NCBI GenBank assembly: GCA_044866005.1
Contig: JBIOTN010000078.1
Span: 1-47,009, forward strand
Reading direction: 5' to 3'
DNA length: 47,009 bases
Source of the DNA: Candidatus Rokuibacteriota bacterium
GTDB taxonomy: Bacteria > Methylomirabilota > Methylomirabilia > Rokubacteriales > DASRDR01
Under the pieces are notes generated by a model. It was not told the DNA's origin. It saw only the letters and a program-made list of their open reading frames with translations, and ran no database searches. The first letter of the stretch is position 1, and the number at the start of each line of letters is the position of its first letter. Both the position numbers and the translations under genes were made by a program. This document shows positions 1-7,868 of this stretch, one piece after another.

Positions 1-78
1 GGCGAGGCGGCGCCACTCGGGAACGAGGCGGGTGAGGCCGGCTTCGTCCTCGATGACGAACCAGTCGAGCCCCGCCAT
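1..78 (-). CDS. N-terminal fragment of a CDS running off the window, possibly a CelD/BcsL-like GNAT acetyltransferase
   Basis: ATG at 78 reads MAGLDWFVIEDEAGLTRLVPEWRRLA and is open to the edge. The L..L..EW..L pattern resembles CelD/BcsL-type N-termini. Confidence 0.4.
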   Translation of the reverse strand, partial: MAGLDWFVIEDEAGLTRLVPEWRRLA

Positions 79-314
79 GCCAGCCAACTTTGTCACACGA
101 GCGGGCGGGCCGGATGCACGGCTTGCCGTCGCCTCGCAACTTCTGCCGGCGGGATCCCACCTGGGCCGCCCGCGCCGTCCACGGTTCGGCCGCGGGCGTG
201 GCGCGCGCGGTCAGCAGCCCGGCGGCGCGCCGGTAAGCAGACGCCTTCCGCTGCGAACATCACGGCCTTTACAGTCGCCTCCCGAGGCGGGCGTCTCGCA
301 CAAGCGTCGAGGTC

Positions 315-331
315 TGCAAACGCGATGCCGG
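315..331 (-). promoter_or_regulatory. Possible sigma54 -24/-12 promoter
   Basis: Minus strand CCGGCATCGCGTTTGCA has GG-N10-GC spacing with GGCA and TTGCA, and points toward the CDS at 78. Confidence 0.3.
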
Positions 332-650
332 TGGCGGCGCGGTCGGAGGCAGGCCGGCAGCGGCTCGCGAGCGAGCGAGCCCTGCCGGATTCTGCCGGAT
401 CACCTCCGCGAGCGCCGTTCTGGCTCGAGCCCGACGCGCGCGCGCCGCCGGCCCCGCGTTGCTCCTGCCGGCCGCCGCGCTCACCCCGGCGTGCGCCCTG
501 ACGGCCCTGGCCGCGCGCCCGCCCGCGAGGGTGCTGGCCGACTCGCGGACCGCGGATGCGCCCGTAGTCGGCCTTCGCTCGTGCGCGCGGTCTGGCGCGG
601 CGTCGCGGCCCGAACCCCGGTCGGCGCGGCGCGCGACGGAGCCGCGCGGC

Positions 651-1148
651 TCAGCGCCGGGGCAGCACGAGCTCCGGGGACCCGTCGAGCCGCAGCGCCA
701 GCCCGACGCGCGACTCACCCCTCGCGTCGTAGAGCGAGAGGCTCGGCGCGCCGTTCGGGGCCAGGACGAGCGAGGCCCGATTCTTCTCGTCCCGGTCGAA
801 GAGGGCGAGGGCGGAGGCGCCGTCGAGCGCCACGGTGAGCGAGGCGCGGAGGCGGCCGTCCCGGTCGGCGAGGGCGAGGCCCGACGAGCCGTCGGGCGCC
901 AGCCCGAGCGCGGCGCGGGTCGTGCCCTTCGGGTCCCGCAGCACGACCTTCTCCGCCTCGACGACCTTCGGGACGCCGGGCGGAAGGCCGGGCGGGCCCG
1001 GCGGCGCGGCCTGGCCCATGAGCGCGGCCGCCGCGACGGCGAGGAGCAGCGCGGTCGTACGCCGCTGCCGTCGCCGGTTGTCCGCCTCGAGCCGGATGAC
1101 TCGCTCCAACAGCATGCCGACCATGGCCTCGACGGCGGGCTCTTTCAT
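651..1148 (-). CDS. Hypothetical membrane-anchored repeat protein (paralog of 1180..1689)
   Basis: Short coiled coil, hydrophobic segment ending MGQA, VVEAEKVVLRD, then ~22-aa repeats of type DGxxxLxLxDxxGxxRAxL. Confidence 0.75.
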   Translation of the reverse strand: MKEPAVEAMVGMLLERVIRLEADNRRRQRRTTALLLAVAAAALMGQAAPPGPPGLPPGVPKVVEAEKVVLRDPKGTTRAALGLAPDGSSGLALADRDGRLRASLTVALDGASALALFDRDEKNRASLVLAPNGAPSLSLYDARGESRVGLALRLDGSPELVLPRR

Positions 1149-1179
1149 GGTCCCTGCCCTCGCCTGCGCCGGCGCCGGC

Positions 1180-1689
1180 TCACCGCGCGCCGGGGAAGAG
1201 AAAGATCTGCCCATCCGCCATCACGCCGAGCAACGCGCGCGCCTTCCCCGCCCGGTCGAAGAAGGTCAGCCCGGGGGCGCCGTCGGGGCCGACGTCGAGC
1301 GCGACGCGCTGCTTGCCGTCGCGGTCGACGAGCGCGACGATGGGGACGCCGTCCGCCCGCACGCTGAGGGTGAGGCGCGCCTTCTCGCCGCCGTCGAGGA
1401 AGACGAGGCCGGGCGAGCCGTCCGGCGCCAGGCCGAGGAGCGCGCGGGTCACGCCGTCCTTGCCGAAGAACCCGAGCGTCGGCGAGCCGTCCGGGAGGAC
1501 CGTCAGCTCGGTGCGGGCGACCCCGCTCGCATCCCGGAGCACGAACTTCTCGGCTTCGACGACCCTGGCCGCCTGCGTCGCCTGTCCCATCAGCGCCACC
1601 GCGCCGAGGCCCAGCAGGAGCACCCCCCCCAGCCGCTTGAGGCGCCGATGTTCCCGTTCCAGCCGTTCGAGCCGCTTCCCCGTCTCCAT
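1180..1689 (-). CDS. Hypothetical membrane-anchored repeat protein
   Basis: GGAGG RBS. Same architecture as the downstream gene (MGQA, VVEAEKFVLRD, DGSPxLxFxD repeats). Confidence 0.8.
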   Translation of the reverse strand: METGKRLERLEREHRRLKRLGGVLLLGLGAVALMGQATQAARVVEAEKFVLRDASGVARTELTVLPDGSPTLGFFGKDGVTRALLGLAPDGSPGLVFLDGGEKARLTLSVRADGVPIVALVDRDGKQRVALDVGPDGAPGLTFFDRAGKARALLGVMADGQIFLFPGAR

Positions 1690-1816
1690 GGCGCGCCTCC
1701 CTCGCTCCCCGGCGATCCGCGAACGCCTGCCCTGCCGTCAGACTAAACGAGAACAGCGCCCGCCGCGCCGTTCTTCCTGCGTGCGCGCGCGTCCCGCCGT
1801 CCGCGGGTCGGAGCCG

Positions 1817-1842
1817 GGAATAAGCCGGCTCGCCGCGGTGTT
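1817..1842 (+). promoter_or_regulatory. ECF (SigR/SigH-type) promoter GGAAT-N18-GTT
   Basis: GGAAT at 1817-1821 and GTT at 1840-1842, upstream of the RBS and ATG at 1866. Confidence 0.7.
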
Positions 1843-1865
1843 GCCCTGGTTGCCGGAGGGCGGCG

Positions 1866-2612
1866 ATGCTGGCGGCGCTCGACAGCGGGGTCAGCAGCTT
1901 GCGACGGCGAGCGGCACGAGGGGCGACCGGCGCCTCGCCGGAGAGCGAGGTCGCGTTCCGGACCGGCGTCGCGAGCGAGATCACCGGGATCAGCCAAGAC
2001 CGCCTCCAGGGCTGGCACCAGCGGGGCCTGCTCGCCCCGTCGGTGGCCGGCCCCGAGGTCCGGCCGCCACGCCAGGGCGTCGCCGGCCGGCGACCCGGCT
2101 CCGCCGGCCGGCGGTACAGCCTCGATGACCTGTTCCTCGCCCTGGTGATCCGGGAGCTCCTCGCCTCGAGCGTGCGCGTCGAGCGGGTGCGACTCGCGGT
2201 CGAGGCGCTCAAGGCTGCCTGCCCCGACCGCCCGCTGCGCCAGGCCCTGCGGGGCACGCGGCTGTGGCTCGTCGTGCCGCGAAGCGGCGCAGTCCGGCTG
2301 ATGGCCCGCCCGGGCGCCTCGAACGGGGGCGAGGATCGGCCGCAGGCGGTCGTGGCGCTTTCCCGCACGGCGCGAGCAGGGCGAGAGCTCTGGCTCGAAT
2401 GGCAGCGCCGGCGTCGCACACGGGCCGGCGACCGCGCCGGCCGTCGCCGGCGCGCCCGCGAGTCGGACCTGGAAGCTCAGCGCCTGCCGGCGGAACCCGA
2501 ATGGGCCGGGAACTCGCGCCGCCCTAGGTGCGCACCGAGGCCGCCTGCGTTCCACACTCCCGGTACGGAAACCGCCGGCTCTGCTTCGCCCGCGCCTCGA
2601 CCATCGCCGTGA
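1866..2612 (+). CDS. MerR-family HTH transcriptional regulator-like protein
   Basis: FRTGVASEITGISQDRLQGWHQRGLLAPS...RRYSLDDL matches a MerR HTH. The low-complexity tail overlaps the convergent gene, so the 3' end is uncertain. Confidence 0.65.
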   Translation: MLAALDSGVSSLRRRAARGATGASPESEVAFRTGVASEITGISQDRLQGWHQRGLLAPSVAGPEVRPPRQGVAGRRPGSAGRRYSLDDLFLALVIRELLASSVRVERVRLAVEALKAACPDRPLRQALRGTRLWLVVPRSGAVRLMARPGASNGGEDRPQAVVALSRTARAGRELWLEWQRRRRTRAGDRAGRRRRARESDLEAQRLPAEPEWAGNSRRPRCAPRPPAFHTPGTETAGSASPAPRPSP

Positions 2613-3045
2613 GCTGCCCCGCGTGCTCGCGCATGAAGCGGCGGAGGAACGGCCGCACGAGCAGCATGCCGACCAGCCAGCCGAACGTCCCTCCGCGGAG
2701 GCCGAACGTGCTCTCGTACCGAAAGCGCGTGCACCCGCCAACGTCCTCGAGGAGGAACCGGTCCCGCGCGAGGGCGAGCGGGCTCTCCACCGCCTCGAAG
2801 TCGATGCGCTCCGGCTCGTGGCGCGTGACCCAGTCCACTGACCGGTAGACCTGGCGCCGGCCCGTCACCGACCGGGTCACGGTGTGGAACTCGACGAGCA
2901 TCCGTCCGGCCTCCTCGCGCAGGACGCGGGACGATCCGCCGTCCGGCTGCCTGGCGCCGAAGGCTGTCAGCACCTGAAAGGCGAGGCGACGATCGGCATG
3001 GATGTGAACCTCGACCGGCTCCATGCGGATCGGGATGATCGCCAT
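2524..3045 (-). CDS. SRPBCC/START-like domain protein
   Basis: 173 aa with VHIHADRRLAFQVL, EPERIDF, GCTRFRYES and a C-terminal helix typical of SRPBCC. Directly downstream of the AhpD-like gene. Confidence 0.65.
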   Translation of the reverse strand: MAIIPIRMEPVEVHIHADRRLAFQVLTAFGARQPDGGSSRVLREEAGRMLVEFHTVTRSVTGRRQVYRSVDWVTRHEPERIDFEAVESPLALARDRFLLEDVGGCTRFRYESTFGLRGGTFGWLVGMLLVRPFLRRFMREHAGQLTAMVEARAKQSRRFPYRECGTQAASVRT

Positions 3046-3089
3046 GCGGCCGCGCGGTCAGGCGCCGGGACGTCCGAGACGCTCGCCTG

Positions 3090-3668
3090 TCACTCGGGGA
3101 CGCCGGGGAAGGTGGTTTTTGGCAGGGTCGCGTACTCGGGGTTCAGCTCGACCCCCAGCGCGTCGGCCACCCGCGTGATGAAGTTGAAGTAGCCGATGAT
3201 GCCGACCGCGTCCACGATCGCCTCGTCCGCGAAGCCCGCGGCCCGGAGCGCCCGGATGTCGGCTTCGCGGCACTCCCATTGCTGCGTGGTGAGCTTCCAC
3301 CCGAAATCGAGGAGCGCGCGCGTCCGACCGTCCACCGGCGCCGCCCGGTAGTCCCGCCCGATCGCGTCGGCGAGCGCCGGATCCCCCGTTTCAGCGCGAA
3401 GCCACGCCGAGTGGGCCTCGATTCAGTAGTGGCAGCGGTTGGCCGTCGAGACGACCAGCGCGAGCATCTCCCGCTGCGCGCGACCGAGCTCCGAGGGTCC
3501 GAACATCAGGGTCGTGAAGAGGCTCGTCGCCGACCGCGTCAGCTCGGGCCGGATGGTCGTGCTCTTGATGATGTTCGGGATCCAGCCTCGCTGGTTGAGG
3601 AGTCCCTCGTAGAGGCTCTTGACGTACCCGTCGGCCTGGGACTCTTCGACGGTCCTCACCCACGCCAT
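3090..3668 (-). CDS. AhpD/carboxymuconolactone-decarboxylase-like peroxidase-related protein, putative selenoprotein (CHYU, Sec82)
   Basis: ORFs 3423..3668 and 3090..3335 are in one frame, joined across TGA 3423-3425: REMLALVVSTANRCHY-U-IEAH...FNFITRVADALG. The TGA occupies the second Cys of the family CxYC motif. GGAGG RBS; downstream hairpin. Confidence 0.88.
3391..3410 (-). promoter_or_regulatory. SECIS-like hairpin
   Basis: TCGGCGTG-GCTT-CGCGCTGA: 8 bp including two GU pairs. The loop starts with G, 20 nt after the UGA. Confidence 0.6.
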
Positions 3669-3774
3669 CGAACGCCTCCTCCATCGGCGCGGCCCCGGGG
3701 TCGCCGCCCTCGGCGCCACGCCGTCCGGCGGCGGACTCGCAGCCGGCGGCACGCCGCTCTCGCCCTCAGGCTAC

Positions 3775-3800
3775 AACACGCGGGCGCGCCGCGACATTCC
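3775..3800 (-). promoter_or_regulatory. ECF promoter GGAAT-N18-GTT
   Basis: Minus strand GGAAT at 3800-3796 and GTT at 3777-3775, upstream of the AhpD-like selenoprotein gene. Confidence 0.72.
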
Positions 3801-3818
3801 CCGGCCGCGGCCCGGCGG

Positions 3819-4763
3819 CTACCGGGACGGCTCGGTCGGCGGAGGCCCGCTCGGCGCGGCGGGCGCAGCCTGCAGCTCCCGGCGGAGCCGGGCGATCGTG
3901 TCCTGCTCGAATTCCTGGAGGGATTGACCGAACGCGCGGCGGAAGTTCCCGAACCGGTCGTCGGAGGTCCGGAACATCCCGAAGTATCCGACCAGCGCGG
4001 GAAGCCCGTGGCGGCGGATCAGCTCGGCGGTCATGAGGAACGCCAGCCGGTAGGTCAAGCCGTCCCCCGTCTGCAGGTGGCGCGCCTCCCAGCCGCGGGG
4101 CCGCCCGAGGTCCACGAGGTCCAGCGGGACGGCGTCCAGGCGGCTGAGGTCCTCGCCGACGGCTCGCATCGCCGCCTCACGCTCGTCGCTGAGACGCGTC
4201 TGGCCGAGCCGCTCGAGCACCTGGCAGGCGACCCAGTCGGCCAGGCCCTCGCGCAGCCACTGCTCCGAGCTGCCGCGCCGCCCGGCGGACAGCTCGTACT
4301 GCGCGACGTGGGTCAGCTCGTGGGCCAGCACGACGAGCCAGGCGTGCGGGCGCCCCCGCCGCAAGGCGCCGTCGTTCAGGAACAGATGTCCCGCCTGGCC
4401 CAGACCGACCGAGTAGGCGGCGATCTCCGACGCCCGCCGGGCCGGCATCTGCCCCACTCCACGAAGCCCCGCGGCGTAGGCGGCGCGATCGGGATAGACG
4501 AATACCGTGAACTCGGCCGGCAGCGGAAGCCCGAGGTCGCCGATGATGATGGCCGAGATCGCCTCGATGGCGGCGTCGTAAGTCGTCGGCGGTTCGGCGG
4601 AGCGCGCGGGCGCGACGCTGTCGGGGGCGAGGCGGACGTGCAGGACCAGGCTCCGCCCGGCGCAGCCGGCGAGGAGAACGGCGACGAGCCCGAAAGCAGC
4701 GGCGCGCCCGCCCCGCCGTCCTCGGGGCATCGCCGCGCGGAAGCTCCCGACGTCCGTCCCCAC
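3819..4763 (-). CDS. Putative lipoprotein with zinc-metallopeptidase motif (peptidase MA-like)
   Basis: Lipobox LAGC, LAHELTHV (HExxH) and WLREGLAD. The start could be 4730. Confidence 0.72.
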   Translation of the reverse strand: MGTDVGSFRAAMPRGRRGGRAAAFGLVAVLLAGCAGRSLVLHVRLAPDSVAPARSAEPPTTYDAAIEAISAIIIGDLGLPLPAEFTVFVYPDRAAYAAGLRGVGQMPARRASEIAAYSVGLGQAGHLFLNDGALRRGRPHAWLVVLAHELTHVAQYELSAGRRGSSEQWLREGLADWVACQVLERLGQTRLSDEREAAMRAVGEDLSRLDAVPLDLVDLGRPRGWEARHLQTGDGLTYRLAFLMTAELIRRHGLPALVGYFGMFRTSDDRFGNFRRAFGQSLQEFEQDTIARLRRELQAAPAAPSGPPPTEPSR

Positions 4764-4945
4764 TCGCCCTCCCCCGATTGCCGCGTCGCCCCGAGGTGCC
4801 GCCCTTCAGGCCGTGGGGCGCCGCCGGGACGGCTACGGTTGTACCCGCTCGCCTCGCCGGGGTCCAGAGAAATCTCGGGCGGCGCAGCGCTCGTGAAGAT
4901 CGGCTCGAGCGGTGGGGAGGTCAGGCGCGAGGGGCGACACCGCGG

Positions 4946-5761
4946 TCAGGGCGCGGGCGGTCCGGCGCAGCGGAAGCCGATCAGGACGTGCCGGCTCTCT
5001 GCCGGCCGGCCATGGCGGAACGCGGGCCGGCAGAGGCCGGGCTCGTCGTCCCAGCCGCAGCCCTTGAGGACGCGCCGGCCGTCGGCGAGCGCCGAGGCGG
5101 TCCACTGGAAGACGTTGCCGACGGCGTCGAGGAGGCCGTAGGGGCTCGCGCCGGTCGGGTACCGGGTGACGGGAGTGGTCGCGCTCGGCCCGCGCGCCTC
5201 GCTGTTGAGCCGGTCGGGGTCCCAGCCATTGCCCCAGGGAAAGAGGTGCCCGTCGTCGCCCCGCGCCGCCTTCTCCCACTCGGCCTCCGAGGGCAGGCGC
5301 ACGGTCGGGTGGCGGGCACGGCAGAAGGCTGCCGCATCCGCCGCGCTCACGAGCACGACGGGGTGGTCGCCGAGACCCGCCGGCGGGTGGCCGTCGCGCC
5401 AGAGGTACCGCGTCACGACCCGGTCGTAGTCGTGCACGAGGAAGCCCTGGCGCCGGTAGTCCTCGCGGCTGATCCCCGGGGCGCGGTGGCCCGTCCGGGC
5501 CACGAACCGCTCGTACTCGGCCTGGGTGACCAGGTGACGATCGATGCAGAAAGCCGGCAGGCTCTCCTGCCGGCGGGGCAGCTCGGCGTCGAACCAGCGG
5601 GCCTCGCGCACGGCCGCGCTCGAGAGCGCGGCGGCCATGGCTCGCTCGGCCTGGTCGCTCCCCATCCAGAACGGGCCCGCCGGAACGAGCACCATGCGCT
5701 CCGCGTCGGCACACACCGCGCCGGCGGCGACGAGGGCGCCGAGGAACAGGCTACCGATCAC
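4946..5761 (-). CDS. FGE-sulfatase (SUMF1/EgtB/PvdO-like) domain protein, exported
   Basis: Signal peptide, VPAGPFWMGS, HPVVLVS, RLPSEAEWEKAARG, FPWG, SPYGLLDAVGNVFQW, IGFRC. Confidence 0.88.
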   Translation of the reverse strand: MIGSLFLGALVAAGAVCADAERMVLVPAGPFWMGSDQAERAMAAALSSAAVREARWFDAELPRRQESLPAFCIDRHLVTQAEYERFVARTGHRAPGISREDYRRQGFLVHDYDRVVTRYLWRDGHPPAGLGDHPVVLVSAADAAAFCRARHPTVRLPSEAEWEKAARGDDGHLFPWGNGWDPDRLNSEARGPSATTPVTRYPTGASPYGLLDAVGNVFQWTASALADGRRVLKGCGWDDEPGLCRPAFRHGRPAESRHVLIGFRCAGPPAP

Positions 5762-5767
5762 GGCCCG

Positions 5768-6765
5768 TCATCGTCCCCGGCGCGCCGGCAGCCGCCAGCG
5801 CACGGTCGGGGCTTTGAGCGCGAGCGTCGCGCCGGCGGCCATGGCGGCCGTCGCGACGGCGCTGTTGACGGACAGGATCGAAAGCCCGGTGAGGGCGTTG
5901 CCGACGTTGCAGCCGGCCGCCAGCGTGCCCCCGATGCCCATCAAGAGCCCGCCGGCAGCGCGGCGGCAGAGCTCGGAGGCGGGCGGGACCCGCCACCGAA
6001 CGCCTCCCTGGGGGCGCGCGCTCACGAACGTGCCGAGCGGCACCCGACCAGCATCGCCGTTCCCCAGGAGAGAGGCGCCACGGTGCGTCCCAGCACAGCC
6101 TCGACAAGCGAGCGGCTGGGGCCGGTCATCGACAGCCCCCAGGCCCACCCGGCAGCGGCTCCGGTCAACCAGGCGAGAACCCCGGCGGCGCCGAGGACCA
6201 CGCCCGTGGCCGACCACGGCCAGGCGCCCGGCTCGCGCGGCACAGGCGGCAGGCGCCGGAAGAGGGCAGCGATCGCGAGAATCGCCGCGGCAACGACCAG
6301 CCAGGCCGGCACGTCGAGGAGGGCGTCGAGCGACGGCGCGAGCGGGGGCCGCGACCGGGCCTCGCCGAGCCAGCCGGCGAGCGAGAGGAGCGGCCCCCGG
6401 ACTGTGAACAGGCCACCCAGGCCGAAGGCGAGGGCAGCCACGGTCGCGCCGACGCTTCCGGTCCCGGCCCGGGACCAGACCGACGTGGCTCACCCCTTGG
6501 CGAGGATCATACCCACGCCGAAGACGGCCCCGCCCACCGCCGCGCCGAGCACCGCGACGGGCGGCACGGGGACGCGGAGGAGCCCCCAGGCGGCCAGTCC
6601 ATTGACGGTGCCGAGCTGGAGGGCGAGCGCCAGAAGGTAGGCGCGCCCGGAGGGCCCGGCGTGGCCCGCGAGCGCCTCGCGAAAGGCCGAATGCATGCAG
6701 AAGTCCCCCCGATGCAGGGCAACCCCGAGGCCGAGGCCGACCAAAAGCGCAGCCGCCATCCACAT
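5768..6765 (-). CDS. YeeE/YedE-family sulfur-compound transporter, putative selenoprotein (Sec92), with one frameshift near 6044
   Basis: Motifs: HRGDFC, GGAVFGVGMILAKG-TGA(6490-6492)-ATS, and GGLLMGIGGTLAAGCNVG. Segments 6490..6765 and 6022..6441 share a frame. The C-terminus continues in another frame after GTCGGGTGCCG (one G missing). GAGGAGG RBS. Confidence 0.8.
6457..6479 (-). promoter_or_regulatory. SECIS-like hairpin
   Basis: TCTGGTCCCG-GGC-CGGGACCGGA: 10 bp with one GU pair. The loop starts with G, 20 nt after the UGA. Confidence 0.62.
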
Positions 6766-6776
6766 CTACCTCCTCG

Positions 6777-6802
6777 AACCCGCCGCGTGCCCGCGTCATT
6801 CC
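6777..6802 (-). promoter_or_regulatory. ECF promoter GGAAT-N18-GTT
   Basis: Minus strand GGAAT at 6802-6798 and GTT at 6779-6777, just upstream of the YeeE start. It would give a very short leader. Confidence 0.62.
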
Positions 6803-6819
6803 GCCGAGAAAGACCCACT

Positions 6820-6844
6820 GGAATAAACGGCGCCGGGCCGGGTT
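6820..6844 (+). promoter_or_regulatory. ECF promoter variant GGAAT-N17-GTT
   Basis: GGAATA at 6820 and GGGTT ending at 6844. Divergent from the YeeE promoter, upstream of the Cys-repeat peptide. Confidence 0.58.
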
Positions 6845-6882
6845 CTGGGTAGCAGCGGAGTGTGCTCCGCGGAAAGGGGGTG

Positions 6883-7107
6883 ATGCCCGTGGTGCGACGC
6901 GTGATCGGCACCGTCTCCGCGGCCGCGCTCCTGGCGCTGGGCGGCGGGGTGGCCGCGCAGCAGGCGAACCCGTGCGCCGCCAAGAACCCCTGTGCCGTGA
7001 AGGCCGGGAACCCGTGCGCCGCGAAGAACCCCTGCGCCGCGAAAAACCCCTGTGCGGCCAAGAACCCCTGCGCCGCCAAGAACCCCTGCGCGCCGAAGAC
7101 CCAGTAG
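6883..7107 (+). CDS. Small secreted Cys-rich peptide with seven NPCAAK-type repeats
   Basis: RBS AAAGGGGG; signal peptide ending VAA-QQ. The mature part is almost entirely NPCA(A/V/P)K. The start may be 6883, 6889 or 6892. Confidence 0.85.
   Translation: MPVVRRVIGTVSAAALLALGGGVAAQQANPCAAKNPCAVKAGNPCAAKNPCAAKNPCAAKNPCAAKNPCAPKTQ
6967..7098 (+). repeat. 18-nt coding tandem repeat (7 units, one 6-nt insertion)
   Basis: Units of AACCCSTGYGCSGCSAAR; variation is mostly synonymous third-position changes. Confidence 0.9.
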
Positions 7108-7117
7108 GGTGGGACCC

Positions 7118-7150
7118 CCGGGGCTGTCCCCCACCCCGGGACAGCCCCGG
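7118..7150 (+). terminator. Perfect 13-bp hairpin after the peptide gene (terminator or mRNA stabiliser, no U-tract)
   Basis: CCGGGGCTGTCCC-CCACCCC-GGGACAGCCCCGG. Confidence 0.55.
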
Positions 7151-7231
7151 AGGCGGGCGGCGGGCTGGACGGGGGTACACTCGGAACGACCGGCACGGGA
7201 TCGCGAGGTCCCGCCCCGGAACGCTTCAGGC

Positions 7232-7257
7232 GGAATAACCACGTGCCATTGCGGGTT
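7232..7257 (+). promoter_or_regulatory. ECF autoregulatory promoter GGAAT-N18-GTT
   Basis: GGAAT at 7232-7236 and GTT at 7255-7257, directly upstream of the sigma factor gene. Confidence 0.78.
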
Positions 7258-7280
7258 TACGATCTGAGCATCGCGGAAAG

Positions 7281-7868
7281 GTGCCGGTGATCGGCTGGAT
7301 GGCGGGGGACGACCGGGTCCGGGAGTTCGAGGAGACGGTGCTCGTCCACCTCGATGCCCTCTACCGAGTCGGGCTCCGGTTGACCCAGAACCGGGCCGAA
7401 GCCGAAGATGTGGCGCAGGAGACGTGCCTCCGGGCCTTCCGGAGCTTCCACCGCTTCAACGCGGGGACGAACTGTCGGGCCTGGCTCTTCACGATCCTGC
7501 GTAACGTCTTCCTGAACCGGCTGCGGCGGGCGGGGCGCGAGGCCGTCCCGACCGACCCGGCCGTGTGGGAGTCGGTGGGAGCAGAGAGCGTGACGGCGAT
7601 GACACCGGTCGCGGACAATCCCGAGGAGGAGTTCTTCCAGACGGTGCTCCACGGCGACGTGGATCGGGCCCTGAAGGGGTTGCCGCTCGTCTTCCGCGAG
7701 GCCGTGATCCTGGCCGACCTGGAAGGGCTCAGCTACAAGGAAATGAGCGAGGCCCTGGGCTGCCCGATCGGGACGGTGATGTCGCGGCTGTTCAGGGGAC
7801 GCAACCTCCTTCGTCACGCGCTCGCCCGGTACGCCCGCGAGCACGGATACATCAAGGGACCGGAATGA
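7281..7868 (+). CDS. ECF RNA polymerase sigma factor (SigR/SigH-like)
   Basis: AEDVAQETCLRAFRSFHRFNAGTNCRAWLFTILRN (region 2) and LEGLSYKEMSEALGCPIGTVMSRLFRGR (region 4). Alternative start at 7299. Confidence 0.93.
   Translation: MPVIGWMAGDDRVREFEETVLVHLDALYRVGLRLTQNRAEAEDVAQETCLRAFRSFHRFNAGTNCRAWLFTILRNVFLNRLRRAGREAVPTDPAVWESVGAESVTAMTPVADNPEEEFFQTVLHGDVDRALKGLPLVFREAVILADLEGLSYKEMSEALGCPIGTVMSRLFRGRNLLRHALARYAREHGYIKGPE

Noticed and set aside
32..838. Arg/Pro-rich ORFs over the 79-650 region
   Set aside because: Low-complexity translations typical of spurious GC-rich frames; the region is probably regulatory.
6967..7098. 18-nt repeats as a CRISPR array
   Set aside because: There are no spacers; the units are in-frame coding repeats with synonymous variation, and no cas genes are present.
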